64,000 nt of DNA from Candidatus Omnitrophota bacterium (GCA_035352955.1 DAOPYQ010000001.1:101536-165535); one strand, 5' to 3'; shown: positions 47,901-50,315, counted from the stretch's first letter. A program made the numbers and translations. Notes: generated from the sequence alone by a model not told the origin.

Positions 47901-50315
47901 GTCTGGTTCAATCATGCATCCGGAGACCTTTGGCTTAGTGAACCCACGGCCGGAACAAGAAGAACTCCGAGGATCTTTGATGTGGGTACCGGCCAAGAGA
48001 GGAAAGAATTCACTCCCGAGAAGGATGTGGAGGATGCCGAATTTTTGCCGGGGGACAAGCTCCTGACGCGTCGAGTCGGCGGCGTCCTGAAAGTGATGGA
48101 CCGTTCCACCGGGAAGGAGAAATGGAGCCGTTCCTTTCCGGAAGGGACGCTTGACAGTTTCAAGGTTTCACCGGACGGGCGCGTCTTGTACGTCGTGACG
48201 CGCGTCGGTGATGAAAGACAGCATCAGTTCTTTGACCTGGGAACGGGTGAGATGACTTTAAGTTTTTCACCGGGAGAGGCTCTCGTGTCCCGTCTTGATT
48301 TTGTCTTTGGTAGCGGGCACTGGATCTTCGTGACGTTCAGAGGAGAGAAGGGACCGGCGTTCTTCAACACGGTTTCGAACCCGCCTCAAAAAGAAATCCC
48401 GCTCCCTGACAATCATGTTTATGGCATGAGAGCCTTCGCCGGCGGGAAGTTCCTGAGTCTTGAGCCCTATTGCCCGCCGGACGGGCCTTCGATGGAACGA
48501 AGCCGTCTGGTGCTTGCGGAAACCATGAAGACGCCGGAGGCTTTTAATTTGGGTAAAAAGGATTCATGGCAGTTCTTTGACCAGGACCGCAAGATCATGA
48601 TCCAGAGCCCGGACAATACTTTCAGGATCCTGGAGGTGGATTCCGGAAGAGAACTCGGACGTCTTTCGTTGCCGGGAACGCGGGAGATGCGGTTCTGGAT
48701 TATCCAGGGCGACCGCTGGTTCGAAGCGAGCGTTAACGTTCCGGACCGGCACGAATATTGGGACCTTCGCTCGCCGGACTTTTCCCGGAAGCTGTCGTTG
48801 GGAGACAACCTGGATAGTTTCTGGACGTACGGGTCGCCGTCCATTGTTGTACGTTATTCGAACGAATTGCCGGGGTTGATCGACATGGATCGGTTCATCG
48901 AAGATCCGCTGTTTCTCGAATTAATGAATGAAAAGGGCGGGGTGTCTCTGCGTGTTCTTGCGATGCTGGAGATCTTCGGAGCGCTTGGGAGCAAGGGATC
49001 GTTTAAGGCTGCGGAGGAGCTGTTGCGGCAAGCTCCCGAGACGGAGTTGGAAGAACTTGAAAAGGCCCTTTTCGGATTTGGCAAGTTCCAGCCGGGTGTT
49101 TTACCCGGCACGAAGACGCCGGCGTTCAATGAATTGAGCCACTTATTGGAAGGGGTGCTTGCGGGGGTAGCGTCTGGAATGGAAAATGCCGGGCCCGGGA
49201 TTTCGGCACTAGTTCGTGGAATCTCGCAAATGGTCAAACAGGCGGGCGCCCGTCAGACGCGGGGGGAACCGCAGGACGTGCAACGCGCAACGCAGCGCCC
49301 TGACGTGCAACAGGGAGAGGAAGGGAAGTTGTGGCTTGAAACTCCAACGACGGATGACGGGGGTCGGATGGCGGAGGACGGAAGGCAAAAGGCAAAGGCT
49401 TCTTCGACATCCGATATCCGTCATCCGTTATCCTCCGCCGAAAGCGGCAGCCGTGCGGAAAAGCGTGCGCCGGTCGAGGTGACGGCGGAAGATCAAGTTG
49501 TCGCGCGGGATACGGTCGCGGTTTTGCTTGGCGCCGGGGCGAAGGACCGTGAACTCGGAGCTCTTGCGGAAAAAGTGCAGAAGACCGTGACGCGCATGCC
49601 TTTGGAGATCTTCGCGAAACTTCTGCGCCGGGAAGCGCTCCGGGTGTTGCATGCTGCCGGAATGGCCCCAACCGCGGCTTCCGTCAAGGTTAGCCAGGAA
49701 AAAGCGGAGCTCCTTGTGAAGTGGTTCGTCAAAGTATTGGAAACAAGCCATCGGAAGGGAAATCTCGCCATCGGTTTTGATATGGAGCCGGGGCAGAATT
49801 TTCTGGAAGCTTTAGCGAAACTTCGCGCCGGGATCGGGATCGCTGTTTTCAGCAAAGAGATGGCCCGCGCGATGCCGGGGGATGTTCTGAAAGGTCTCAG
49901 GACCCAGACCGTGACCAGTTTTACGAGTTACAAACCGCGGGCCGCGGAGAATACGGCGGTGCCTTTGCTTGCTTCGGATCTCGCGTCCGAGGAGCTGACC
50001 GCCAATCTCGCTCTCTTCGGTGTGGGGGTCGAGACGGAGGGTATCGAAGGTGAGCCGTTCCTTGAAGTGGTGGAGAACGTGGTCCGGATCGTGGGCGGTC
50101 TTTTAATGGCGGACCGGCTCAAATCTCCTGCGGATCTCAAGAATTCCGTGAAAATGGAAGAGATCAGGGCCGAGCTTTTGAAGGCTCTCTTCAAGCTGGA
50201 TGTCGATTCCGGCGTGCTTTCGATCCAGGGGCGAAACCTTATCGTGCACCGCGGTCTTCTCCAGAAATTTATCCTCGAATATCAGGCCCAATCGACGGTC
50301 CGTACCGCCGCGTAA
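20904..50315 (+). CDS. Giant gene 1: 9803-aa midasin-like megaprotein combining a signal anchor, a conserved N-domain, transmembrane segments, six AAA_5-type AAA+ domains, an HExxH motif, an acidic stretch, a VWA(MIDAS) domain, helical repeats, beta-propellers and 11 linker modules
   Basis: There is a single uninterrupted reading frame of 29,412 nt. It contains six in-frame Walker A motifs, sensor/Arg-finger signatures, a DxSxS MIDAS motif, and repeated in-frame modules. Confidence 0.85.
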   Translation: MVKKGVFHREDCLRKVIAFLTVLFFLTTDLFGPKAYALSAVPNSARSMSSHVQEGNLTGAPLTSAKFSKVAIPSEHGTILERFQGKTDRTVVLIQDAHDVSDAQENIRALIGYFRKTYGIGLVALEGAAGPLDARIFRSFPDKELLKSVLKEYHEKGELTGAVSAAILDEEAGDYFGIEDWQLYEEGLALYRAASEKEPQLLKALNAEKTKNDEAKKKLYSADLFAIDRGWGNFSRDGKGLAELLGKLVAVRKPAQGSGLAAIVEALGQGSFDGAALIAEVEALAGKVRRALQAASGKEQERFKKFNALYQDFRSSRITPQAFALAMGPWLREHRVPYKASGALERWVRNQKMIESIRGPELFAELKAYVAEVKTVLMKTPEQRSLDEQGETIRMLTNLARLELSDEEWRTLCATSRVSLDDRFQDHRKFYENAERRDECFYRNLSERIGSQGREASRTALLVAGGFHTEGLTRRFRENGISYFLVSPRTGDASLKTNYRAHIRGDVSWKDHFKVENGRVDLYAAFIRATRDKLLQTERGNRGPEVFPPVTVRLPSFAAKEWRDQIIRDLAREGKIAESYRYVRFMDETAEGSRTFPGLEKVDRFIEALRRLESSGALTRENIVHLLKPSTILSAAAGNAILGGMTVPAALLVREGGKRDEKRDEKQEISAMLPPQGGIDLSRYLWFRSLRVPEMYGIHGQVNALKVKEAEFFDSREDPVGAFLASEGFLALPNGRDRRAALTALSEIWKAISNIHFAKDRVVRGESAYDAVRVLAEYLNHPFIRGIKDDAARLKSIEIFREISVDTVLELNKEKDWLVKLLAGAATAGIRDAGEMEEFFEILHRILKNVLFDRVRGVNGRDDSFRDLDGILRDPAFLRLETSGERREALAMFKRVLPLAPLSLIGVIEFSGDSRSASVFLKSFLASDLFSILPDSRAREYGIALMSRLYFHKDPEIAAIVRNIFWEFRKEDDRLQEIFHRAMADIASRSGRVDIERVVDEAAESIRQMFAQREARQTRGEQQDAQRATQGAQREAEGKLWIETEKPGDGKRMTDGVKPGFSKSAIRHPLSSAEGDGRAELRVNPDEYPWFKSLEPLEKIGIRDQLNDLSEKERKNFPKSFGRLRRFLNSKGFSALRSGRERWEAITGLQKFWTRLVDNFGDDYSRSVRATRFGLFFEAYMASPFFMEMEGPAERLKALAIFHEIDFETVNHLDRYEGGILEILNKSVRAGINTAPEKVEVVEILRRSFQNIHQDSYKENVDLREVLAIFYEFLDVPAFSSLATPGERQAALSVLKNAYPTKSTRYSSKEHLNTILVTRAALVAFLKWDSFRNLSNPQARRYGLALFGRLLFPPETLKRGWIWIPKGLLDTRAAVAEIVREAFLHPGKSSEEVLNIFREVMERMDRERGQFQLKKMVVGAVRAVLQACDHILARKTRGEPQDAQRATDNVQREAEGKLWLETAKPDEGERMTDGVKPGFSTSDIRHPQSVSEDGGRAELRAKELIFLPSLSVIERRLKKDPGYATEANFEPFRKVLAGEDAAFNRLLNVLRWLPQKTIDAAEGVWRLLMKGAIAFLAISLAGGQIIAILLGSFGDPVLFFWLKSMGVAGLIAGGAAVMIRIANVLRERGLPSIRKNIHEARTVKSFKALRLFARQHSVFRSGKYLDYAGTHLRSRSFVVTKAAFGFLDQIHGWGFPPAWYPELFEALKPFFSKEFTVDRGVLAVLDQASFRKDKAEAIAFVRQQLEMMEEQEQARKERGTVQPVPASQRRGSGNVEGSLWEEKSFRAEVRVVSQTFADVVAKIRQTGTFGINVGLGQPRELFSGLAKQAPGEFNEANLGALIGEILDHSGAEAEAWWTILKAADPYFALAGAKDPALSPYSPANLRPVLERAITQDPPGKYVLNLLKRFSIRNQAAFDEENLRHCIDLFDLERREFFFRVKPFFSHLLVSGIFFTETQLDPFLDKVIEFFLRREREVDLSSFHGWITAVAAGVPGVALRALSLLFAIEVFPDFNDMKTFALNLFSILEKRYGPLDREAMVDAAEDLWNSMFPAPRVRNFWTTKTKSEFEAFDSLFRDFAASLDAARTAGSEKAYKQAVTQFKLQLHHYAGQRQARVTRGEPQDAQRAAQGTQGVTEGKLWAERAEDGLRSELRVTHPDIRERMRGLRQKIENQVGDTGAFGAYVQLLDLPPAAARSQVIGDISKELKKQARAIADTVTDPDPKVQETKQKTLLANLTVLAVLQTIDRNARKAASTEPAGDKFFGLYERESFVETAFFTHMTVSLSSLLKDLDPDYIEDEELRLLTFKIQTYFGLEAFFKSSPKVHFRPWFSKFLLNYILRERPELAQALYSLNPDQSLVGLLEDWSVESKLKFQECPEITILRDIVKRYQFTFRDFVSKKSGQPFDENEVSEQYQGDLEMLMEDETVRGLIQRDLRGLQDIVTIMLTEGRIEAEKAKKEKGGKDDGYGEVRYILEQIIPKALPKIRERLNNADPLEILDAMASIVQVANGEFSALMGKLLGAHPRIGDKYSRLIAGNVQRLKQIGLILVAVGETGFDQIPFDKLVARYKIVKGSDAEGRLLEIIANIARSAKEGTAGLIEETFDLYSQEAGETLDDLNKLLRAFNYFVRIVNFHYEYEKLVLAGEVGQINNETYFVSLRDLKKTLQIVRRNFNAGMDIKEAAADAVKRRYYNRLSPEDRDRVRGLMISHRIIHPHDELKFSYEVQGYEVGSREIVITEKRPPYQMQKKDRVTGQLYMEEIQVGKPREVMRIQFKEPLEPGDVDPDIIFNETTCRNLSAVLEALEVKNGEKFNPVLEFGTTAGGKSTIAKLAAKVLRVGYTRIQINERTDEFDLFGSFQPFEINMELGDAMERIREALDRGEYNALEDVLSRMLTGGEGKFWERFFSEEERREILAGQEGLDLHEAKRLAIQKRVLARVENILAQARELLPLEHAPAQDPKAAERIQLVKAMAYMLNHEVGLRYKKGRFLEAYEKGDLILLDEVNLANEEMLGVLYQLLTMGYLQHGGKVVEPASGQKARILATANPSSYGGRNRMSEAFMNRFEIIYIDSMTDEEMAEILEGTVHKDLIASGRYAAADFKKREGETPAECRQRLDQILLKEIGVTRYHLTLLARVQDKINGALRGGKFIGMGADADYVFTIRNYFNLYKDQMARKKQGQTLSLETWLREAFMEYGNVLMRTNTYLLNQPELLKEEASYKTLRNIFGLTIGDPILDLPSLQHPREGPAAADGTPTVRSTLRPENAHEAFDELVANWFRKIDYEYDRATHTLRIDGLTITGRTLEERKLIEELIETESTKYSQIAVLKALLLNEPLLNVGQSGGGKTESIGDIVQRLGRKYVTVSLGDATLESLLGNMEWNPREKRFVYVPGILVKAMQDGSALVLEELNMAKSGVIEILNEYFDEGTFTNPFTLEKIRVHSDFRLFATMNPVQGMTGQNGGRVSLSPALRNRFREVWVPHEKTDAEMREILQGRFAQKNIQVGDVSMKKILAFFHAYQEAFRFRGEAAYYTSPRDLTRIVRIMSYLITVCHMDEEKALSRAVRRVYFAKIAKEEDRNDVRKLIAEAKIPSGEIRAPSYRFSEDKRFLEAYDGQELVARFDVTAHRSRLEKMIEDEIGENDPGISGEALRSQTKSKLEQALKEATLVENAHTMENLLGLIEAVAMDDQDVRQGKFNPVLLLGETAGGKTSLVKYLAVAILGQGYTRIQINERTDELDLFGSYEPREMKIGTDDAVRIVQNAIEEKEWVKLKKALQMLRKGYAGEDEFDRLQDPERIFEQLAAEETAAREEIFLYLRQAVSDDADPQSRDAAIHRLKVIAYLVKNGAMSVEMEFREGRFLSALKRGDFIVLDEINLASEESIAVLYQFLTLGFVEYYNKDAKDENGNPHPRVEKIYPPAGMKLAATANPSGYGGRNRLSEALMNRFEIQYLQNMSPEQMSEIIMGESARKSVFAKNTRLAGTVLKLAKLQRQINLTLGSDANPFPSVGSGQTQGYLFTLRDLKRIMRSAEEILSQGSRSPPEALVVQQAYLEYLGVLGRSDDEVKHLLQIFKFPEFFPSFDPDQLNLSFEETRNARGRKVIRIGGFEIEERDYDGKGPSNEADVIEALEEGPLTNLIRIAIVKGLLDPRSPVMAVGQSGGGKTEMIGDVCRRLGWKYRSVSLGNASLERLIGGYERDRETKIFRYMVGELVRAMEDGAVFVLEEANMASSGLVEILNEYFDEGTFTNPLTGRKVVIHKDFRLFATMNPEVGVTGSNAGRVGFSPALRSRFKEVWVPHVKTSDETKRIIRKKFTNQKMKVSDKTVEQLYSIYEMFRTYVEGFNDETGLLHPARIGQVNNEGYYTSLRDMGKIADIMVQDMRRGVPESEALRYAVKRIYYLRLNCEEDRKVVREEILAGLDMTPMEYRWSLEGAEYVIRRGPIEVARVSAELLKKKHFVLTGPAKEEMGFLIEAMSRGPGFKRSFNPVMLFGETSGGKSTMIEIAAHIFRKKFRRIQINQRTDEYDLLGSYHPVEMKLSLARSLEVFQENLRKKNYSKIAKALRVLKKDVRLSLHLTEDEKVSDAELFQRFLDQYILPGVKREDSTVIEEARKLAVLIHNGVAGIDLVHQTGFFLEAVGNRDEGIPGRIVLLDEVNLANEESIGLLYQILTLGYMEYQGKRIYPGDGFQLVTSGNPFTYSGRNRMSEAFMNRFEMHVIPEMTPQEMVQILWEGYDLQAKGISQNALQEIVALQVRIHEESMKHSFDGFNLDNTYRFTLRNLERIVEDALKRKTVESSRSADECLWVEAYIEYAGLLSQSNEDDNAEKNNIATLKGLFHDTLLREGYAVLGKKIESGKKEELEKLLGVLGILTEKKTVDDMKAQLKEILAWSLGGNLGATLQVLKLVEAVTGKPYQPWYPDRDPLFMEFRKMAVTQEGQTEWAELGGVRVAKLSASEMLESFLKEFGTDTESGLLKGPNGEALEAFDGNSQKYILQQIQGIAVRRLKQEGGNLKDLLRQEVQKWIAGQLEGFRLPPGYIEGLLRKHFYTQAERIEQLVELRSTLIPRMQIMKGFRDGGVVQTEDTEGNPVAIHKSRPVNEIGQSGGGKTEMVADIARELNWPYMSVALGAATVESLVGEFVLNDQTGAFEFRKGILVRAMEEGAALVLEELNMAESGVIEILNEYFDRGVMTIQGRKISVKIHRNFRLFATMNPTEGRTGKNAGRIPLSPALRSRFRETWVRSERTKAEQYRMALGGIRDLVNGLMERGIPEESEDAMGILEENLTRQKIAERSGLRNLPKGRDSIEDGVTVEAVRPVTARPAARSPSAPAVSMAAPAGEPAVKIPTKGEWERLHLEERKKLYEDTFSIITGKADIKLVAGKGWSWAPASHVLTYDEKDIENLSLNALLGVGIHEAMHRIGTRYLSLFWEFFDEHGIESRVFNTLEDGRIENWGRFLFGGAATPLRATNDEVVFGKVKDVDEMVERFVFRQKDKEGNVVELSYTSAIINFFLYLGKRGSDANAPEVIEKFLKAFEKRDPQLRRDLAGLLQAGYFGGGRDEDILNPPNQNRVSGVFSKLPMKRNEFGTYEFDANPAGTTVENLAIEQGIIIRECIMPIVYKWAVKDLADVPSGKGKKGKGGREVIPRKSSGGGGEDDSDGDDGGESDGESEPGQPADGSPKDFKPGKPAKGGQPVKPMTPAEWKAIWDKLSNEDKKKLTDKIDKGVEHKAQDRTAKDSKDYQKAQQDAEIGKPMSERDRLMGLLGRMITELSGYLRDIIQNSVRPKEITGLKRGRIDVRRLINSMARGFTDMRFYKQRILPQKKNVKFTIIVDESGSMSGMEEPGKKVEINTPQKGYRTLMGVTLLMEVLESLGIDFAVRGYHDTTCLHKRFKNQRIPSDKKDQYLEAGQDAVQDGYTTRRDKESLIDLLRQSIGRGGNNEGPALEAAIRDAGEAGGERHYIIILTDGMGDEEAIKKHVAQLRQANGMVNGTKVELIAIGLGNDCESVINNYGGRYSIWLKDDEVQKLPAELKRILQEVIRGVFQPGAPGANRFENMARGFSLAGVAGMVGASRVRSELRASEKVPSLSGAEDEGLGEDQKTWFRSLQFRSPEERSELLKVIRDSHFYYEDLVGETPGGSPDFQYKFGDGLPILQTFWESESFTTLPDSRERILVLRLFDGILNTGDYFMIQQAARILERLVGPEILGKVTDPQERVLALEVTADILVQSSVYSPWGNTISRSETVMDSFLYFLSTYYPEINKNFEKNAETWGFFREIIRAGYEPERRFEETSRAFGMLGKLMDLAGFERVGGPEAKKRVLGVVKDILVYSQPGSQEAFEALRTLLGGQGFGSIQDPDEQGVVLEILCAVPFLARERADAYFQRFDQMLSWASGGAASFHEKRFREILLEFSSRPRSAEAAENACQKIIQLADQSAARETRGEQSPVPEPQALLAGRQSSVLENKEGKLWFEIPTTDDGDRMAEDGRLKAKGFSTSDIRPPQSVSEDVSRAERNAQRTTKNGDSTLTVARGTSNADEIRRAELRISGIPMIPLDRYQWFNADTNEEHKAELRRKVALLENELRRYQGDELREALRCFKDWFASKDWTAAGVDYEQRLKMLEIAVNLQIHVYPGMVYSDGRPAFDHEKLKPFSAFLKSDAFRQIVDPAERQRVFGVLADIPPRAGDAAPKAFKALEAFLGRAGFSGRVDPSERTRMLEVFRQTVLDISNKNVKGDAFAGLEALNRIKAVSDLADPASLKKIFDLFWEIGRTRDYWKCDSFEPLAQFLASDAVRGIKHFEDLCAIFDICKTLVDLGIKNRAAAFWGLEGFLRTQDFSMREDAVLRGILLKEFSGIFALVGNVGGYYSDERSGALVALGDFFNRKWGFERLETNRKVIDLLGMILPGLADEDVRGWIEAFGLDISAISHTESLKGEPMVNILQEFSQGAESVTGAEERKALAQAAAEKIRALADHAQARAARGEAHDAQRVANGAQRGVEGKLWNQTAERRSEVRSGQGEETQKTINLKKKDWLGRYDWYKRISSQDEKKRTGNLVRDVSLEVWRYASREKPTNFDPLWRLLGSEGFGRITDSKEREELLNVFLKIMKEIFEKRYVDERANLAFPKENKDHALEAFASFLGSSAFSRTTNPKERLRMLGRARSILMRFAQYEPHDRTVALSNLEEFFRSNGFNKDLSPAEQGKVLQLLGTLPQYTRGGLDHAILALWVMIEGAGFSGIMGSGERIIALKKFGATAAGLPRYEKAGWNDVTRRGTEWEVYAALRELLSSGYFNRIKDSAERIKVFDDFAALVNIAAVGKEERPDLVLEVFRHIFQGALFTETADPGEQRIVWGILRKLAAYRNAYQVTDDLADLLNGDGLKAVVLREERALIWEIIKPLAQDAEKDGGCNFFRALNTLLSGKGFQQTKAPSERLGVLRLAGLLLDPEDDEIDHKMKDLSEALVELQDALQEGVRTADLPALLSDLFENAAYVRSRKEKLALAVSAWRQIIQSASQGLSRIDRGEPQAAQRATHTPQGLGTGRPGAQREEEGKLWLETAKPEDGKRMTDGVKPGFSTFDIRPPKSVSEDASRAERNAQRTTKNGDSTLTVARAEVRGGRMPKEKAFDQVKRIAAMYQMMQSSSENKVPGTLSPDNRYYIPYLSERVIDILTGQELPLSKQLSFARASETVFSKDGRFLAAVDCSSPLFPLRKPGIAEIYDLETLQTSVARLQSKPLREDGRPVWISRENRYLVVHYLDSTTEVFRIEPGAAELTKVEGLGENVYEMDISEDGTWFHMPYFLRDNKARSIDLLNGKEYPVAAGRTAEIVPWRYGSAVVFLPKEHGNPMRLLDRKTGKDIADQVGPYSGVVVHSPDGRKLLLRGTGHALNLVVNENGVWKKTALALKTRSSTEPVAVFSEDGRRLAVADIEPGFILVYDADKTDKNPERYSICPTPNEIFFPERIVFVAGQKRLLIKIGVKGAIRSPQWLYASLSRENVASSFWITDKTHDGVYGEPAPDGSWITLQNHSRDPFEVYDVRREVSLKLPFESRYVSDVRFSPDSRRISFESRDPDDLGRRQVIDLEAFRENGFLNKLSQTEEGPSLLFLLFRNGFFQRQEAEPFFELMKGLHRPRLVTLPLMKFFTTYYYEKEVPAYVVRAPGVPFADIAEAIGRFSEEALRVKAESGEQAAVRNFAARLDQFEEQTLARQTRGEAQLVSGPQVPKVESEGKLWFETPTTDDGGRIAEDGRQKAKGLTSSVLRPPKSVSEDGSRAELRKLLEDLRALGIRVKDWILYQTVYRWVYFHPIIRIRALWAGILSLGTREGQLRILYRFKYRRQIREIRKEILQYAKATHMFKQDKDLALGGFRRFVKYGLVLVKDAAEREELLALCARLPGHSGSQISVVCMLLARAMDPILILFPGRSDRHRVFQLIENLSRYSDRSWGFMSVAHLIEALETIVESQNRDRREALMRYMEEFGQETAGIQDPEALEKTSLRTCQNILQLADQADARQTRGEPQGTGLEPSAPGASADRQNPGLGEKEGKLWFETAKPDDGKRITDGVKPGFSPSESLHPSSKDDGRLKAKVLTSSDIRPPLSSADGGERAEIRSAVQRSTEKAVLEAKILSARSKIYRYSREHFNYAGEKESQLVRMDDEIRKFLMAFNGAAERKALLEILQSLFRCWKKDETMNPFALWSVIATWNAALSVYPEGVLRGMIARFIEIFSQYLEEVSGMDLDITGFKDALISIHGAAADGNGPLMAGVFSEFSEDAGGFSDAPTAAKAVKRVYQEVFRVLDQISSRAARGEAQPVPSSQSQAREDKEGKLWLEIPTTDDGSHGTASPDRRTEDGRLKAKGFPTSDIRPPKSVSEDGSRAELKAQRTTKNGAPTLTVSRSTSNADEVRRAERRFSDAEYATAYEKLKYFTSMGFGAQQVAVSEHLRRGVVEYRDGSVRVFDLETGKEGAKLNLGPERDHLKIAPNGRSIAVKYKDNRWKIVSLETGAVVFNFTPEDNVWFNHASGDLWLSEPTAGTRRTPRIFDVGTGQERKEFTPEKDVEDAEFLPGDKLLTRRVGGVLKVMDRSTGKEKWSRSFPEGTLDSFKVSPDGRVLYVVTRVGDERQHQFFDLGTGEMTLSFSPGEALVSRLDFVFGSGHWIFVTFRGEKGPAFFNTVSNPPQKEIPLPDNHVYGMRAFAGGKFLSLEPYCPPDGPSMERSRLVLAETMKTPEAFNLGKKDSWQFFDQDRKIMIQSPDNTFRILEVDSGRELGRLSLPGTREMRFWIIQGDRWFEASVNVPDRHEYWDLRSPDFSRKLSLGDNLDSFWTYGSPSIVVRYSNELPGLIDMDRFIEDPLFLELMNEKGGVSLRVLAMLEIFGALGSKGSFKAAEELLRQAPETELEELEKALFGFGKFQPGVLPGTKTPAFNELSHLLEGVLAGVASGMENAGPGISALVRGISQMVKQAGARQTRGEPQDVQRATQRPDVQQGEEGKLWLETPTTDDGGRMAEDGRQKAKASSTSDIRHPLSSAESGSRAEKRAPVEVTAEDQVVARDTVAVLLGAGAKDRELGALAEKVQKTVTRMPLEIFAKLLRREALRVLHAAGMAPTAASVKVSQEKAELLVKWFVKVLETSHRKGNLAIGFDMEPGQNFLEALAKLRAGIGIAVFSKEMARAMPGDVLKGLRTQTVTSFTSYKPRAAENTAVPLLASDLASEELTANLALFGVGVETEGIEGEPFLEVVENVVRIVGGLLMADRLKSPADLKNSVKMEEIRAELLKALFKLDVDSGVLSIQGRNLIVHRGLLQKFILEYQAQSTVRTAA
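20946..21008 (+). other. N-terminal signal peptide / signal anchor of giant protein 1
   Basis: The sequence MVKKGVFHREDCLRKVIAFLTVLFFLTTDLFGPKAYALSA has a positive n-region, a hydrophobic core and an AYA-type cleavage site. Confidence 0.6.
21100..22860 (+). other. Conserved N-terminal domain of about 590 aa, paralogous to gene 2 50690..52410, with possible TraB/GumN/TIKI-like GxxH motifs (tentative)
   Basis: Shared blocks include VVLIQDAHD.., ENIR.LI.YF, LLVAGGFHT.GL, W+D.F...+GRVD and AWRDQIIRDLA....AAAGNAILG. Both LIQDAH and GGFH are invariant between the two genes. Confidence 0.5.
23944..24148 (+). repeat. Linker module copy 1 (RQTRGE..EGKLW..ETxKPxDGKRMTDGVKPGFS..IRHP..RAELR)
   Basis: In frame. 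It contains the inverted repeat CGGATGACGGATGG / CCATCCGTCATCCA. Confidence 0.7.
25204..25402 (+). repeat. Linker module copy 2
   Basis: Reads RKTRGEPQDAQRATDNVQREAEGKLWLETAKPDEGERMTDGVKPGFSTSDIRHPQSVSEDGGRAELR. Confidence 0.7.
25461..25490 (+). other. Conserved DPGYATEANF motif preceding the internal transmembrane module, with a paralog in gene 2 at 61238..61267
   Basis: LKKDPGYATEANFEPFRKVLAGEDAAF in gene 1 matches LRRDPGYATEANFKPFRKVLTGKDAAF in gene 2. Confidence 0.6.
25600..25775 (+). other. Internal predicted transmembrane segments of giant protein 1 (2-3 helices)
   Basis: The hydrophobic segments are AIAFLAISLAGGQIIAILLGSF and VLFFWLKSMGVAGLIAGGAAVMIRIANVL. Confidence 0.55.
26170..26275 (+). 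repeat. Degenerate linker module copy 3
   Basis: Reads ERGTVQPVPASQRRGSGNVEGSLWEEKSFRAEVR; only the ends of the module are retained. Confidence 0.4.
27241..27372 (+). repeat. Truncated linker module copy 4
   Basis: Reads ARVTRGEPQDAQRAAQGTQGVTEGKLWAERAEDGLRSELR. Confidence 0.55.
29330..30330 (+). other. AAA+ domain 1 (A-type, AAA_5 MoxR/dynein/midasin-like)
   Basis: The motifs are Walker A GTTAGGKST at 29355-29381, Walker B LILLDEVN with DE at 29904-29909, and sensor/Arg region ATANPSSYGGRNRMSEAFMNRFE. Confidence 0.8.
30880..31700 (+). other. AAA+ domain 2 (B-type)
   Basis: The motifs are Walker A GQSGGGKT at 30915-30938, Walker B-like LVLEELN (Glu-Glu variant), and sensor FATMNP..GRVSLSPALRNRFRE. 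Confidence 0.8.
31970..32960 (+). other. AAA+ domain 3 (A-type)
   Basis: The motifs are Walker A GETAGGKTS at 32001-32027, Walker B FIVLDEINLASEE, and sensor ATANPSGYGGRNRLSEALMNRFE. Confidence 0.8.
33330..34120 (+). other. AAA+ domain 4 (B-type)
   Basis: The motifs are Walker A GQSGGGKT at 33360-33383, Walker B-like FVLEEANMASSG, and sensor FATMNP..GRVGFSPALRSRFKE. Confidence 0.8.
34330..35290 (+). other. AAA+ domain 5 (A-type)
   Basis: The motifs are Walker A GETSGGKST at 34362-34388, Walker B IVLLDEVNLANEE, and sensor TSGNPFTYSGRNRMSEAFMNRFE. Confidence 0.8.
36170..36650 (+). other. AAA+ domain 6 (B-type)
   Basis: The motifs are Walker A GQSGGGKT at 36189-36212, Walker B-like LVLEELNMAESG, and sensor FATMNP..GRIPLSPALRSRFRE. 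Confidence 0.8.
37000..37700 (+). other. Putative zinc-metallopeptidase-like region carrying HEAMH, between the AAA ring and the VWA domain
   Basis: The HExxH motif (HEAMH) is encoded at 37125-37139, followed by NTLEDGRIENWG about 30 aa later, which could supply a third Glu ligand. Confidence 0.45.
37780..37925 (+). other. Acidic Gly/Asp/Glu/Ser-rich stretch preceding the VWA domain
   Basis: The sequence GKGKKGKGGREVIPRKSSGGGGEDDSDGDDGGESDGESEPGQPADG sits in the same relative position as the D/E-rich region that precedes the MIDAS domain in eukaryotic midasin. Confidence 0.7.
38350..38990 (+). other. von Willebrand factor A domain with an intact MIDAS motif
   Basis: The DxSxS motif DESGS is encoded at 38379-38393, in the context KFTIIVDESGSMSG. 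Downstream lie ..IIILTDGMGDEE and VELIAIGLGND, as expected for a VWA domain. Confidence 0.8.
40190..40525 (+). repeat. Linker module copy 5 (long form with the RAERNAQRTTKNGDSTLTVAR extension)
   Basis: About 97 % identical in DNA to copy 7 over roughly 117 bp. It has the second palindrome GCGCAACG...CGTTGCGC. Confidence 0.75.
40560..43380 (+). repeat. Array of about 55-aa alpha-helical repeats with a DPxER-type core (gene 1, main block)
   Basis: Units include FSGRVDPSERTRMLEVF, FSRTTNPKERLRMLGRA, FNKDLSPAEQGKVLQLL, FNRIKDSAERIKVFDDF, FTETADPGEQRIVWGIL and FQQTKAPSERLGVLRLA. Further units occur at 23000-25200 and 39300-40100. Confidence 0.6.
41805..41925 (+). repeat. Truncated linker module copy 6
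   Basis: Reads ARAARGEAHDAQRVANGAQRGVEGKLWNQTAERRSEVR. Confidence 0.55.
43425..43715 (+). repeat. Linker module copy 7 (long form)
   Basis: Reads RGEPQAAQRATHT..EEEGKLWLETAKPEDGKRMTDGVKPGFSTFDIRPPKSVSEDASRAERNAQRTTKNGDSTLTVAR. Confidence 0.75.
43740..45100 (+). other. PD40/WD40-like beta-propeller block 1 of giant protein 1
   Basis: Blade-like units with SPDGR/SEDGR signatures recur: FSKDGRFLAAVD, VHSPDGRKLLL, FSEDGRRLAVADIEPGFILVYD, FSPDSRRISFESRD. Confidence 0.55.
45484..45695 (+). repeat. Linker module copy 8 (variant B, ETPTTDDGGRIAEDGRQKAKG..)
   Basis: It has the inverted repeat GGAGGACGGAAGG / CGTCCTCCGTCCTCC. Confidence 0.7.
46395..46700 (+). repeat. Linker module copy 9 (composite of variants A and B)
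   Basis: Reads ARQTRGEPQGTG...EGKLWFETAKPDDGKRITDGVKPGFSPSESLHPSSKDDGRLKAKVLTSSDIRPPLSSADGGERAEIR. Confidence 0.7.
47266..47590 (+). repeat. Linker module copy 10 (variant B, long form)
   Basis: Reads RAARGEAQPVPSS..EGKLWLEIPTTDDG..EDGRLKAKGFPTSDIRPPKSVSEDGSRAELKAQRTTKNGAPTLTVSR. Confidence 0.75.
47590..48900 (+). other. Beta-propeller block 2 of giant protein 1
   Basis: Units include FDLETGKEGAKLNL, IAPNGRSIAVKY, VSPDGRVLYVVTRVGDERQHQFFDLGTGE and ILEVDSGRELGRLSL. Confidence 0.5.
49247..49462 (+). repeat. Linker module copy 11
   Basis: Reads ARQTRGEPQDVQRATQRPDVQQGEEGKLWLETPTTDDGGRMAEDGRQKAKASSTSDIRHPLSSAESGSRAEKR. Confidence 0.7.
49440..50315 (+). other. C-terminal domain of giant protein 1 (about 290 aa), function unknown
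   Basis: This is a non-repetitive segment after the last linker module and ends at the TAA at 50313-50315. I recognise no family. Confidence 0.4.
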